DNA of 63,922 nucleotides, counting the filler, from Aduncisulcus paluster (Eukaryota): NCBI GenBank assembly GCA_024181965.1. It is 12 parts of 12 records of this genome, joined end to end, with 100 filler letters (N's around TTAATTAATTAA, not from the genome) between each part and the next. Parts side by side here need not be neighbours in the genome. Positions count along the whole stretch, not along the records: positions 30,773 to 38,367 come from BQXS01010031.1; positions 38,468 to 42,630 come from BQXS01010032.1; 10 more parts are not named here. The stretch is one strand, 5' to 3'. Both the position numbers and the translations under genes were made by a program. Positions within the stretch are counted from its first letter, which is position 1. Every line of letters begins with the position of its first letter. Shown here piece by piece: positions 32,402 through 42,730 of the stretch. The notes under the pieces are model-generated. The model did no database searches. It was not told the origin of the DNA and saw only the letters and a program-made list of their open reading frames with translations.

Positions 32402-35347
32402 TTAAAAAAACCCACCGGGTGGATACATTTGTCCTCTCATTTGCATTTCACGGATATATCTCTTCAACGCCTCATTCTCGTTCTGCAACTTGCCACATTT
32501 GATTCCAGCCTCCATTAATTCCTTTCGAAGACTGTCTTTCTCTTCAGTGGCGAATTTCAATGCTTTTCTTTGGTCTAATAATTCACGAACTATTTTGGCT
32601 ATCTGTTTTCGACTGGCAAAGACACAAGTCCGGGCTTCTTTCAGTTTTGTCTGCAGATCGGACACCAATTTTGAGTAAAATCGAGACAATTCATCCAATT
32701 CATCTTTAATATGACCTATAGTAGCACTCTTTTCAGATTTATCGGGCTCACAAGATATAAATTGGAGTTCTTTGATACCCCTGATACAAGACACAAGAGG
32801 TGCAAGAGCAGCGGTTGCTTCGGCTCTAAATTCTTTTTGCTTGAGCTCGGATATTTGAATTCCTTCATATATTCCGTCCAAAATAGAATTCGTGGAATCA
32901 TATATTTTCTTTAGTTTTTCCTGGCATTTTGTAGAATACTGGATTGATTCTGATATTTCACACTCAATGGCCTTTTTATCGTCAAATGTACTCTTAATAA
33001 AACGATGGAAGGATTCCATTTGGGTTGCAATATTGGATTGGAGATATTTCAACTGTTCCATATCATTCTTATCTCCTATCTTCTTCTTCCTGGAACTGGA
33101 CGCTGCCTCGAGAGTGTCACATACATCTTTTCCGACAAGCTCACATCTGGAGCCTAATTCTGTCATGAGAATGGTCGCTAAGGAGGCGAGGGAGTTGGAT
33201 ACGGGTTCAACTATGGATTGGAGAGAGGATGAGATCGTCTCCGAGAACGAAGAGAAGAAAGCTCGAGGCAATGTGACAGAGTCGTCAGATATGACAGCGG
33301 ACGAGAGCGATTGATGGGGATGAGCAGTCTGGGAGTGCTCTTGAGAAAAGGCAGGAAGAGACGTCATTCCAAAATCGAGACAGGATTCACTAAGAAGCTG
33401 CGATTCAAACATTTTTTCATCTTCCTTCTCTTTCTTGAGCTGTTCATCTTTTCTTCGTTGCTCGTCCCTTCGTCTACGCTCTTCACGAAGATTCTTCTGG
33501 GCTTCGAGCGTTTCAAGATGTTTTTTTCGTTTTTCCTTGGCAAGACGTTTTTTTTCGGCAGCCTTCTCTTTCCTTTTTTCTTCAAAAAAAGCTTCTTTTT
33601 GCTTGCGTTTTTCTTCTAGTTTCCATTGTTTTTTGAGTTCTTCTTGCTTTAATTGGCGCTTAAGAGGTGTCCAATGGGCAAGATCTTGCATTTTTTGCAA
33701 CACACTGTCCTCTTTCCGAGCTTTCTTACTGCTATTATTTGCATCTTTAGTTATTTGACTAAGCAATGAGGGTGAAATTGCTGGTTTGGGGTTGTTCTGA
33801 GACTTTAAAGCTACGGTTGTGTAAGGATCATTAACACCCTGTCCCTTGAGAACAACTGACGGGTGGGTCTGAGGATTGGTGGAAGGAGTTTGAACACATC
33901 TACTTTCTATGGATTGAATAAGCTTTGGTTTGGCTTCTTTCTCTTTTATCTTTTCGACAAGTTCCAGGGGACTTTCAGTCAACGTTTGTGCTCGAGCTGA
34001 ATGGGAATCTGAAGATGGGGAAAAGAACGATTCCTTTTCTTTCTTGCTCTCAGATATTGAATCTTGTTGTTCTATTTTTAGTTTGGATGAGAAAGATGAT
34101 GCTCTTTGCCTCCTTGCAGATTCTTCTTGAATTTCCCATGAGACGCGATCAGAATTGGCTTTCTTAGCATCAATAAATATCGTCGTAACATCTATCTTGG
34201 CTTTATCCTTAAAGCATACGGCTAGAATACTTAAAACCCCTTCTTTCTCCATGATAGAGAACTGGTCAAAACGTCTGATATAGCGGAGCAAAGGAGGAGG
34301 AGGAGCAGTGGGACATGAGAAATTAAGGGGAACGTGGAAGAGGGAATGGTGAGATAATGAGGCTTCTTCCTCCCGGGGAGATAGGGCGAGGAGAAGGGAA
34401 TAGAGAGTGGGACGTGGAGTGGTACTGGAACTCAACGAAGGGAAGGAGAAGAGGGAAGAGGCTGTAAATATGTATCCTTTGGGAACAATATAGGAACAAA
34501 TCAAGGAGTGTCTGCCTTCTGAAAGATCACATCGAAAGATATCAACCCTGGAAGGATAAACGATCGATAGAAGAATTGAATCCAGAAAAGATGAGAGGAA
34601 GAAGGTAGAATTACTCATATCTTCGACAGGGATATAACAAATGTAGCGAACAGCCTGAACTTGCTGATAAACGAAGATATATGGGGAATCTGAGGTGATT
34701 CCATAAACATTGGGCGAAATATCTGAGAATGAGCCAAGAAGAGCTCTTGTGAGATTGGTATCGCATGGAAGGGCAGCTACAATGCGTTTTTGGAGACACT
34801 CTGGACGAAATTCAAGTTTTGGAGGGAAAAAATCACAATTCAGAGCTTGACAAAATTCTTGAAGCTTTCCATCAGATGAAACTTCTAAAAATAAAGTTTT
34901 GTCATATCCAATAATACATATATCGGCTTCATTTAAATATGCATCAATCATAACCCCAGAAGAGGAATATTTAAACTTTAGAGGACGAAAACGAGAATCT
35001 GGCGGGTTGATAGGTGTAACAAGAATATACTCTTTCATTTGAATATAATTTAAAATGATATTTTTATGTCTTTTTACAGTAATACAGGATATAGGTTCAG
35101 ATTGAAGAAAAGGACCATCAGCAGTCGTTATCTTGACTCGTTTCGAATCCTTTGCAAAGTTAGTCAAGACAATTTTTCCTGTTTTAAGCTTTAAAATGGC
35201 CAATTTATAATCGTCACAACTATTGATGCAGTTTTTGAAGACTTGGATTGGCGTATTACTTATATGGTTAATACAATTAACATGACCATCAATATCGGTT
35301 GGAATGAGAAGTACTTCTCTTTTTTTATCTTTATCAACTTGTTTCAT
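32402..35347 (-). CDS. Hypothetical protein: beta-rich N-terminus, low-complexity middle, coiled-coil C-terminus
   Basis: Uninterrupted ~980-codon ORF. First ATG at 35347. Confidence 0.7.
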   Translation of the reverse strand: MKQVDKDKKREVLLIPTDIDGHVNCINHISNTPIQVFKNCINSCDDYKLAILKLKTGKIVLTNFAKDSKRVKITTADGPFLQSEPISCITVKRHKNIILNYIQMKEYILVTPINPPDSRFRPLKFKYSSSGVMIDAYLNEADICIIGYDKTLFLEVSSDGKLQEFCQALNCDFFPPKLEFRPECLQKRIVAALPCDTNLTRALLGSFSDISPNVYGITSDSPYIFVYQQVQAVRYICYIPVEDMSNSTFFLSSFLDSILLSIVYPSRVDIFRCDLSEGRHSLICSYIVPKGYIFTASSLFSFPSLSSSTTPRPTLYSLLLALSPREEEASLSHHSLFHVPLNFSCPTAPPPPLLRYIRRFDQFSIMEKEGVLSILAVCFKDKAKIDVTTIFIDAKKANSDRVSWEIQEESARRQRASSFSSKLKIEQQDSISESKKEKESFFSPSSDSHSARAQTLTESPLELVEKIKEKEAKPKLIQSIESRCVQTPSTNPQTHPSVVLKGQGVNDPYTTVALKSQNNPKPAISPSLLSQITKDANNSSKKARKEDSVLQKMQDLAHWTPLKRQLKQEELKKQWKLEEKRKQKEAFFEEKRKEKAAEKKRLAKEKRKKHLETLEAQKNLREERRRRDEQRRKDEQLKKEKEDEKMFESQLLSESCLDFGMTSLPAFSQEHSQTAHPHQSLSSAVISDDSVTLPRAFFSSFSETISSSLQSIVEPVSNSLASLATILMTELGSRCELVGKDVCDTLEAASSSRKKKIGDKNDMEQLKYLQSNIATQMESFHRFIKSTFDDKKAIECEISESIQYSTKCQEKLKKIYDSTNSILDGIYEGIQISELKQKEFRAEATAALAPLVSCIRGIKELQFISCEPDKSEKSATIGHIKDELDELSRFYSKLVSDLQTKLKEARTCVFASRKQIAKIVRELLDQRKALKFATEEKDSLRKELMEAGIKCGKLQNENEALKRYIREMQMRGQMYPPGGFF

Positions 35348-35457
35348 TTTAACCCGTTCCAAAAAGAGGATTACAAGACACAATCGACTCGGTGATTCAA
35401 AATAAAGTAATAAGGTGTATTCTTGCTAACCAAGGATTATTTAGTGTCGCAATAATA

Positions 35458-35824
35458 ATGGACTCACAAAAAGTTAAAAAAATAGATAGTACAATGGAAT
35501 CTCCTTTTGATTTTTTACGGTATTTACTCGAAGAACGGGTACGAGTGATCTGCAAGGATGGAAGGAGTGTTGAAGGAGAATTAATAGTATGTTTGTTTCC
35601 ATTGATGATATTGTTTTATCCTTACTGAATTATATTAATATTTTACGATCTTTTAGGGATTCGATGATCAGCCCAACCTTTTTATCAAAGACGTTGTTGA
35701 AGTTCAAAAAACGATACAAATTGATGAAGAATTTGGAGGAACTGAAACTAAAACAGAAACTCGTCACTTTTCAAACTTATTCATTAGAGCTAACACAGTT
35801 CGCTCTATAGCCTGCATGTTTTAA
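35458..35824 (+). CDS. LSM3: Sm-like protein LSm3; two exons (35458-35586, 35657-35824)
   Basis: Spliced product MDSQ...ESPFDFLRYLLEERVRVICKDGRSVEGELI|GFDDQPNLFIKDV...LFIRANTV has Sm1 and Sm2 motifs. Intron GTATGT...TTTTAG at 35587-35656. Confidence 0.8.
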
Positions 35825-36040
35825 TGTTATAAGGACTACTTGTCGCTCTTCCATGTTAATTGAATCTAATCATGAATATTTCAATCAAAATTATTATAAT
35901 ATTACAGTTATAAATAAACATTTATTTTGATCTTTATATAAAATTATATATATCTCTTGGAGAGCTATTATAAGTTTTTATCGTTATATTGAGTGAAACT
36001 CATCATATTTGAAGATTAATTTGAGTATATATAACTTTAA

Positions 36041-36568
36041 TTACGGCAGAATATCTCCTATCCGCGAATGATATTTTAAGGCAAACCCAAAATCGGCTAA
36101 CTTCAACGACTGCATCACTGATTCTCCAGCCTTTTTTGTTTCAAGAAACAATTTATGTTTTAAAATGAATTCTCTCACCTCTGGAAGTTCCTTGGCAGCT
36201 CCCCAGTATTTTTTTCCATCCGGACCTTTACAATATGATTTTTCCAGACTAACTGATGGATATCGCCGATAATCATTTCCTCCTAATTCAATGATCCGCT
36301 CCTCCCATTTTCTTCTCTGCCAGATTAATTGACTAATCCGTGAATTGAGTTCTCTAATCCTAGTCTCAGCAAGATCATCACCTTGAATATGCATCAGAGC
36401 AGTTTTAGTTTCATATATTATTGTTCGCCTTATATCTTCTGCGATATAAATATCCATACAATCCTTCGGTTTCAGCTTTGAACTGAAAATATCACCTGTG
36501 AGGATATCTCGTTCCATTCGCATCCATTGATTCATTACATTATCTTTTTTTTCAATATTTCTTGCCAT
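36041..36568 (-). CDS. ISY1: Pre-mRNA splicing factor ISY1 (NTC component)
   Basis: MARNxEK, RIRELN..I..L...R.KWE.RI.ELGG.DY, YWGAAKELPEVRE. Confidence 0.9.
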   Translation of the reverse strand: MARNIEKKDNVMNQWMRMERDILTGDIFSSKLKPKDCMDIYIAEDIRRTIIYETKTALMHIQGDDLAETRIRELNSRISQLIWQRRKWEERIIELGGNDYRRYPSVSLEKSYCKGPDGKKYWGAAKELPEVREFILKHKLFLETKKAGESVMQSLKLADFGFALKYHSRIGDILP

Positions 36569-36666
36569 TTATGATCAGAGTTAGTTTTTAATATCCATCA
36601 AAACACGTTTACAAAAAAAAATATCTTTTGAGTCCATTCAAGGTTGGATATACGATTTATTTGTGA

Positions 36667-38118
36667 ATGAATAGAAAAGAAGAATTTCTATCTGGCATTA
36701 ATGCGAATGGAATCGTTTTAGATATTGGTGAAAGCACGACTAAGGCTTCATTTCTCGGAAGTGATCATTGTGAGACTATTTTTCCTTCTTATATTGGAAA
36801 AATTGATGATCCAAAGAGTGAAAAAACTTCTTACTTTGCTGAGTATGGTTTATTATATCAAGATAAGAAGATGGATATAAAGAATGCTGGAAACGGAATA
36901 TTATCTAATTTTGATGTTATTGAGCGCTTATATGATTATACAATTGATAAAAAGTTTCACGTTGAATCGTCGGACACTCCTATTTTGTTTGTAGAGCCTT
37001 TACTGACTCCCACTTCTGTGAGAGAGAAGTTGTACGAACTATTTTTTGAGAAATTTGATGCTCCTGCTGTTAAACTTATTCCTGCTAGTACACTTGCATG
37101 CTTTGCGTATGCCAAGCATACGGGAATTTCTGTTGATTGTGGTCATGGAGGGACAAGGGTTTGTCCAGTTGTTGAAGGAACTTCTCTGCGGTCAACAATG
37201 CAATATAACAACACATCAATGTCTGGACGTCATACTGATGTGGCTTTATTGAAATATTTGCGATCTATCCTTGAGAAAGATGAATCTGGAGACATTTTAA
37301 GCTCTGAAACAAAAGTCAAAGAAAGAATCGTACATTCATTACTTCCTGCACCATTTCAAGGTGCTGTTAAACGTGAAAAGGAGTTGAAGAGGCGGAAGAT
37401 TGAGGAATTCGCTGAAAAGGATGAGGATGAAGAAAGTGAGAGTGAAAGTTCTATGAAATCCTTGCTTTCCGGACTTATTCCACCCAGACCTCGCTTGTCA
37501 TCTCTCTCTCAGGCGTATTTATCATTTCATATTTCTAGTACCCTTGAGTCCATAAAGAAATCTCACTTTTTTACTCCACTCTCTCCTATTCTCACATCTG
37601 AACAGTTGAGGCAGCTTAAAATGGAGAAAGGACAAAGCTCCAAGGACAAGGATTCATCAATATCGGACACGACATCAGAATTCATCCTTCCCGATGGCAC
37701 ATCTGTTGAGATGGCTCCATCTGCTTGTGTTCTTGAGGGTATGTTCAATGGTAAGTATAGATCTCTCCTGTCTCCCGATAATCCCATTCATTCCCATACA
37801 ATTCAATCGATGATAGCTCATTCAACTCACACCCTTCCGGATACACTCCAACAACAACTGGTGGGAAACATATTCCCAAGTGGAGGCGTGTGCAATTGTC
37901 GAGGGTTCTCTGAACGACTTGCAAGAGAGATTCCAAGCAAGTTCCCAAGTGTGTTCTCGCCAAGGATCCTATCGTTGAGTGCCCATGACTTACGTACAGT
38001 CAATGTTCTGGGGGGATGCGTCATTGGAGCTGTGAGTGCCTTCCAATCTGAGTGGATAAGCAGCGTTGAGTGGAGTGAAATGGGAGAAAAGGCTTTGGAA
38101 AAGAAGTGGAATGGTTAA
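36667..38118 (+). CDS. Nuclear actin-related protein (Arp4-like)
   Basis: IVLDIG...KA, PILFVEP...REKLYELFFEKF, GISVDCG...VCPV, LPDG, GNIFPSGG...GFSERL, WIS..EW.E.G. A charged insertion is typical of nuclear Arps. Confidence 0.8.
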   Translation: MNRKEEFLSGINANGIVLDIGESTTKASFLGSDHCETIFPSYIGKIDDPKSEKTSYFAEYGLLYQDKKMDIKNAGNGILSNFDVIERLYDYTIDKKFHVESSDTPILFVEPLLTPTSVREKLYELFFEKFDAPAVKLIPASTLACFAYAKHTGISVDCGHGGTRVCPVVEGTSLRSTMQYNNTSMSGRHTDVALLKYLRSILEKDESGDILSSETKVKERIVHSLLPAPFQGAVKREKELKRRKIEEFAEKDEDEESESESSMKSLLSGLIPPRPRLSSLSQAYLSFHISSTLESIKKSHFFTPLSPILTSEQLRQLKMEKGQSSKDKDSSISDTTSEFILPDGTSVEMAPSACVLEGMFNGKYRSLLSPDNPIHSHTIQSMIAHSTHTLPDTLQQQLVGNIFPSGGVCNCRGFSERLAREIPSKFPSVFSPRILSLSAHDLRTVNVLGGCVIGAVSAFQSEWISSVEWSEMGEKALEKKWNG

Positions 38119-38467
38119 TAATAAAGGTATCAAATTAAAGGTTGGAGAAAAAAAAATTACATCAATACTCGAATATTTGTTGATCTTGCAAAAGATGAGA
38201 CAAAAGAATAAAAGTCGAACTTATCACAATTTGAACGAATATCCAAGTGGATAAATGATTTACAATCTATCAAAACGGCTAATAACTCCCTCACGTGGGA
38301 TAAATCCATAAAATTGTTTTGAAAACTTAAATACCTCAAATGGTGAAGGTGAGAAATGGCTTCACAGNNNNNNNNNNNNNNNNNNNNNNNNNNNNNNNNN
38401 NNNNNNNNNNNTTAATTAATTAANNNNNNNNNNNNNNNNNNNNNNNNNNNNNNNNNNNNNNNNNNNN

Positions 38468-38976
38468 CAACATATGCTTCGTATATGACCATATCGACAT
38501 TTATCGGGAAAATTGAAAAGGAATGGTTGGGTTCCAAAATTCCAACAAGAGTGTATAGGGAGGCATTGGTGTATATACAAGACTCTTTACATATCTATTA
38601 TGCATCTATTGTGTTTCAATCACCTCGTTGTGAGGAACTCGGAGATGTGGGTTACCAAAAGCTGAAAAAGGCTCTGGAAATCGCGAATTTTGAAGTATCG
38701 GATGCCATTTTAATTCAATTAAGAGATTTAGCGATGAGACTAAACAAAGATGAATCAGTTAATATCGAAAAAGAATATTATCAGCTTGATTCTGCGAGGA
38801 AATATATCCTTAGTATTCCCATGACCGGAGCAGCAATTGAAAGATTTTTCTCAATCGTTCATCGTAATAATGTGCCAATGCGAGAAGGACAAAGTATTTC
38901 AGTGTTGATGCAACGATCTATGTATATTTTTAATTCAAAATTAAATAATGAAATACAGGATAATATAATCCAATAA
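38468..38976 (+). mobile_element. hAT-family transposase C-terminal dimerisation domain (fragment)
   Basis: ARKYILSIPMTGAAIERFFS matches the hATC motif (A..L.IP..S...ER.FS). Confidence 0.7.
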
Positions 38977-39516
38977 TCAAATAAAAATAAATTAATAGTA
39001 ATAACTAATGTTCTTTATTGTTAATGTGAAGCAAAACAAAGATATTTTGAAGCTGCGAAGTCCAATTTCTATTGGCAGCACATTTCATTATTATCTGTTA
39101 AGATTGTATGTTTAGCAATTTTTTATTAATTTATTAAATACTACAAAATAAAAATATATGAAATTTATTTATTTATAATGTGGATATGGCAAGACTAAAA
39201 AATAGAATCACTGATATCCGTCTGACTTCTTAATTCCAGATCTTATTTCTGATCTCTTAACATGAGCATATTATCAATAACTCATGCACAAAAATAAATT
39301 ATAAACTATTTATTATACCTTTAATCTTAATTTACATTCTATTATTTCCCACATTAACCTTTCGGTGTGAATCTCACAATTGCGGGCTTTAGTTTTGGGC
39401 ACACAATTATATTGAAAAGCAGTTCCCCTGGGTCTGATCAACCCGGGGGAGCGTAAGTCTTATGTTTTATTGTATTTTTCCGGGTTTTTGCCCCTCTCCT
39501 GCTTCCCCCTTTGTTG

Positions 39517-39573
39517 TCGTTGGAGTCCCCCCTTATTTCTCTCATATCCCAAAAAAAGGGGGGACTCCAACGA
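39517..39573. repeat. Perfect 18-bp inverted repeat with 21-nt spacer
   Basis: TCGTTGGAGTCCCCCCTT (39517-39534) ... AAGGGGGGACTCCAACGA (39556-39573). Confidence 0.9.
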
Positions 39574-39659
39574 TTTTGTTTTTTTTACTGTTTATTTTTT
39601 GTTTTTTTATAAGTTAAGTTAAGAAAATATAGTAAATTCGAGGGAGGAGATCTAGTTAG

Positions 39660-40556
39660 CTGATGATGACCAATTAAGAACCAAATATGATCTCATAATA
39701 GAAGACCAAAATATTTGTACCATTTCATGAGATCAAAATTGGTACCTAAAATCAAGACCAATTTTTGATCCAAGAAATGTGGATTAAATTTTACTCGCCT
39801 ATTTTGGTACTAAAAAAATTGGGATTTGGTCCATTTTGTACCAAATGAGTACTAAAACTCCCCACCATGTATTATATGGATTGTTTTGATCAAATTACAA
39901 CTGTTTTAGATTGGACAATTAAAAAAGAAAAGATTTGGATTAAATATAGAAGAGAACTGAAAAAACCAAAAATGAAAAAATCTGATATTGTTGACATGAT
40001 CATAAAAGATATTAAAACAAATTTTATAATTGAATCCGAAGAATTTATTGAAAAGAAGATACTTTGTAAATCTTGTAATGAATATATTTCAAACAATCTG
40101 AAATCGATTTGTTCGCACATTTCGAATCATCATCATTTGAAAAATTATTGCATGAAGAAGAAACAAATGGAACCTCTCCTTATTGGGAAAAGAAAATTTA
40201 GAGAAAAGGTTGTACAAAATGCAATTAAATGTGGGATATCCATGAATGCTGCAACAAAAATTTTAGATCAAGAAATGCAAAGGATGATAATAGAATTTGG
40301 AAAAGTGATTTATTTAAAAAAATCGACTCTATATAAAATATGTTCAGGAGAAGTATATAAATCTTTTATTGAGGCCAAAAGATTAGCCTTACGACCACCA
40401 TACTATATCATTAATACTATTCTATTACTTGGAAATACCCTTCCGTTATATAATTTATTCGGACTTGAAAACGACTTGATCAGAATTTTGATATTCATGG
40501 CACCTTATGCTCAACGCCATTTAAGGGCAAAAGAATTTATGATATTATTAATTTAA
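39660..40556 (+). mobile_element. Probable DNA-transposon left end: subterminal repeats (GACCAA, TTGGTAC/GTACCAA) followed by an N-terminal transposase fragment with zinc finger
   Basis: GACCAA, GGTAC and GTAC repeated over 39668-39852. ORF 39867-40556 contains CKSCNEYISNNLKSICSHISNHHH. Confidence 0.5.
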
Positions 40557-41338
40557 TGGCATTTTATATATCATACCATAACATAATTTTATTTCCCTAA
40601 GTATCACTTGAGGGTGGACTTCAGAGATCAGACCCATATTTATAGTGCAAATTGCGATTTCTCTGCACGCCATTAATTATTTAAAGCGTTAAGAAAAGAT
40701 TTATTGTTTCATGATACAAACTACAAGAATTATATTTTAAGAATTATATTAATAAGTTTTATACTAAGTTAGATACAGAAGTATAGCTATCTCCGTGTAG
40801 AACGATCCTACAACGATTTAAATATCGTTTTTGGAGCCTCCTATGATCTCTCACTCTAAATACATTGTCAAAAAGGCGATCTTAAAAATGGTACGGTTTT
40901 TGTTTTTGACCTCTCGTTTAGCCGGTAATACACCATCACAAAGTGTATATCCAGACTGAGAGCTCAGAACGGTCTTGAAGCACTCCATGCACGAGTATAT
41001 TATAGTGATGCAACCAAAGACACAACTGACTGATCTCCCTCATTGACTCAGCCCACACATGCATCCATTTTCGTTCGAGAAAATCTGACCTCGCTGAGAT
41101 CACATTCCTTGACTGATATGGGAAATTTTACTTAAGAATATTTCCCATCCAATTTAATTCGAAGTTAATTTTATTGCACTTGGCCAATTCCGAAGTGTAT
41201 TGAATTTTAGAAATAATTAATTCTGGAAAAGTTTATGATTCCATTTTAAACGATACAAATTTATTAAATTACTATACTGTACTATAAATTATTTATATAG
41301 CTTAATGGTGTTAACTTTAATATATCTAATAGTTCCCG

Positions 41339-41833
41339 ATGATGATTACAAACAAATATGTATCAATATTTAATGGATATATTCAAAAATCAAAAACATT
41401 ACATTATGTATTGAGTTGTTTTGGACCCCCTATCTTTGCATGCATCGATAATCATATGAATGTTTATAACAAGCGTATGTATAAAGGAGAATTATATCTG
41501 ATTAAGGTTTATGGGTATCCAATCGATCAATTGACGAAGGAACTGTTTGATAAGGCAAAGGAATATACCGATGCAGATTCTGAAGAAGTTATAGATTTAA
41601 TTGTTAGCTCAAGCTCATCATCTGTCATTGCCAATGATCAAGTTGATCTTCCTGAAATTGAAATTGACTTTGGCCCCATGGTCGATCATTCCCAAGTTGA
41701 TAGTATCACGAGAAGCACTCTGCTTCAATCAACAACTCCCTCTCTCAGCTATACTGATAAGGTTAGGATTGTATTGCTCTCTATCCGTGCAATATCAGCG
41801 TCAAGAAAAGACAAACGAGATCTTATATCTTAG
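41339..41833 (+). CDS. Hypothetical protein / TE-associated fragment
   Basis: 164-codon ORF with no recognisable motif, in a TE-rich contig. Confidence 0.35.
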   Translation: MMITNKYVSIFNGYIQKSKTLHYVLSCFGPPIFACIDNHMNVYNKRMYKGELYLIKVYGYPIDQLTKELFDKAKEYTDADSEEVIDLIVSSSSSSVIANDQVDLPEIEIDFGPMVDHSQVDSITRSTLLQSTTPSLSYTDKVRIVLLSIRAISASRKDKRDLIS

Positions 41834-42730
41834 AAAGGACTTTTCATTCCAAATTTATCAATGAGAAGCGCCACAGCATTGGATACGTCAATGATTGATT
41901 TTTCTTCAGTACGTTAATGAACAAATCGCCTCTTGTGATGGGATGAGTCTATGGAGTTCTCAGGCACTCCAGATGTGATTCTGACTCTTGTCCCTATTAC
42001 TTCTTTTGATATCCTATCGAAAACCATATATACATTTATTCTCACGCCTGTAATTCTCTCAGCTGATGCTTCCTCGTCTTGAGAAGCTTGTACTTCTTCT
42101 TTTGACTCTTCTTCTTCTTCTTTGTTAGTACCCAGTTCTTCTTCATTTCTGATCGTTTTAACCTTATTCCTTCTGGGTGGCATGTAGATTCTTGTGAGCG
42201 TTTGAATTAATGTGAACAAACCTACATGCCCACCAACCTCTGCGCTGCCTGTTCGGTGTGGCCTCTTCAACTGTTTATCCTCGTATGCCCACTTTTCGAG
42301 AATTAAAATTCTCTTTTGCTGTTCATTTAATGAATCATCGGTACCACGTTCCCTTGATTCATTTTGTAATGTCCTCTTTCTAGTCAGTCACACCTCTATG
42401 GAATGGTGAACGATATATACAGGTTCATGTATTCCATTATTGCCATCGATGCAACTCTCCTCAGAGAGATGAACACCTAAAAATACCAAAGCTTACGGCT
42501 CGAGCCTCTTTCTTCCCGCTTGTTCCGGCTTCTCATAAGTTGTGAAGTGTTGGAAATTACACCCTGAATTACGGAAAAAGGGTATAAAGAGAGAAGAAGA
42601 TGAGAAGAGGAAGAAGATGAAACCTTTGTTNNNNNNNNNNNNNNNNNNNNNNNNNNNNNNNNNNNNNNNNNNNNTTAATTAATTAANNNNNNNNNNNNNN
42701 NNNNNNNNNNNNNNNNNNNNNNNNNNNNNN

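Noticed and set aside
38468-42630. Fanzor/TnpB or other RNA-guided nuclease in the TE-rich contig
   Set aside because: No RuvC-like motifs or terminal CxxC...CxxC/DxNAAxN signature in any ORF here or elsewhere in the window.
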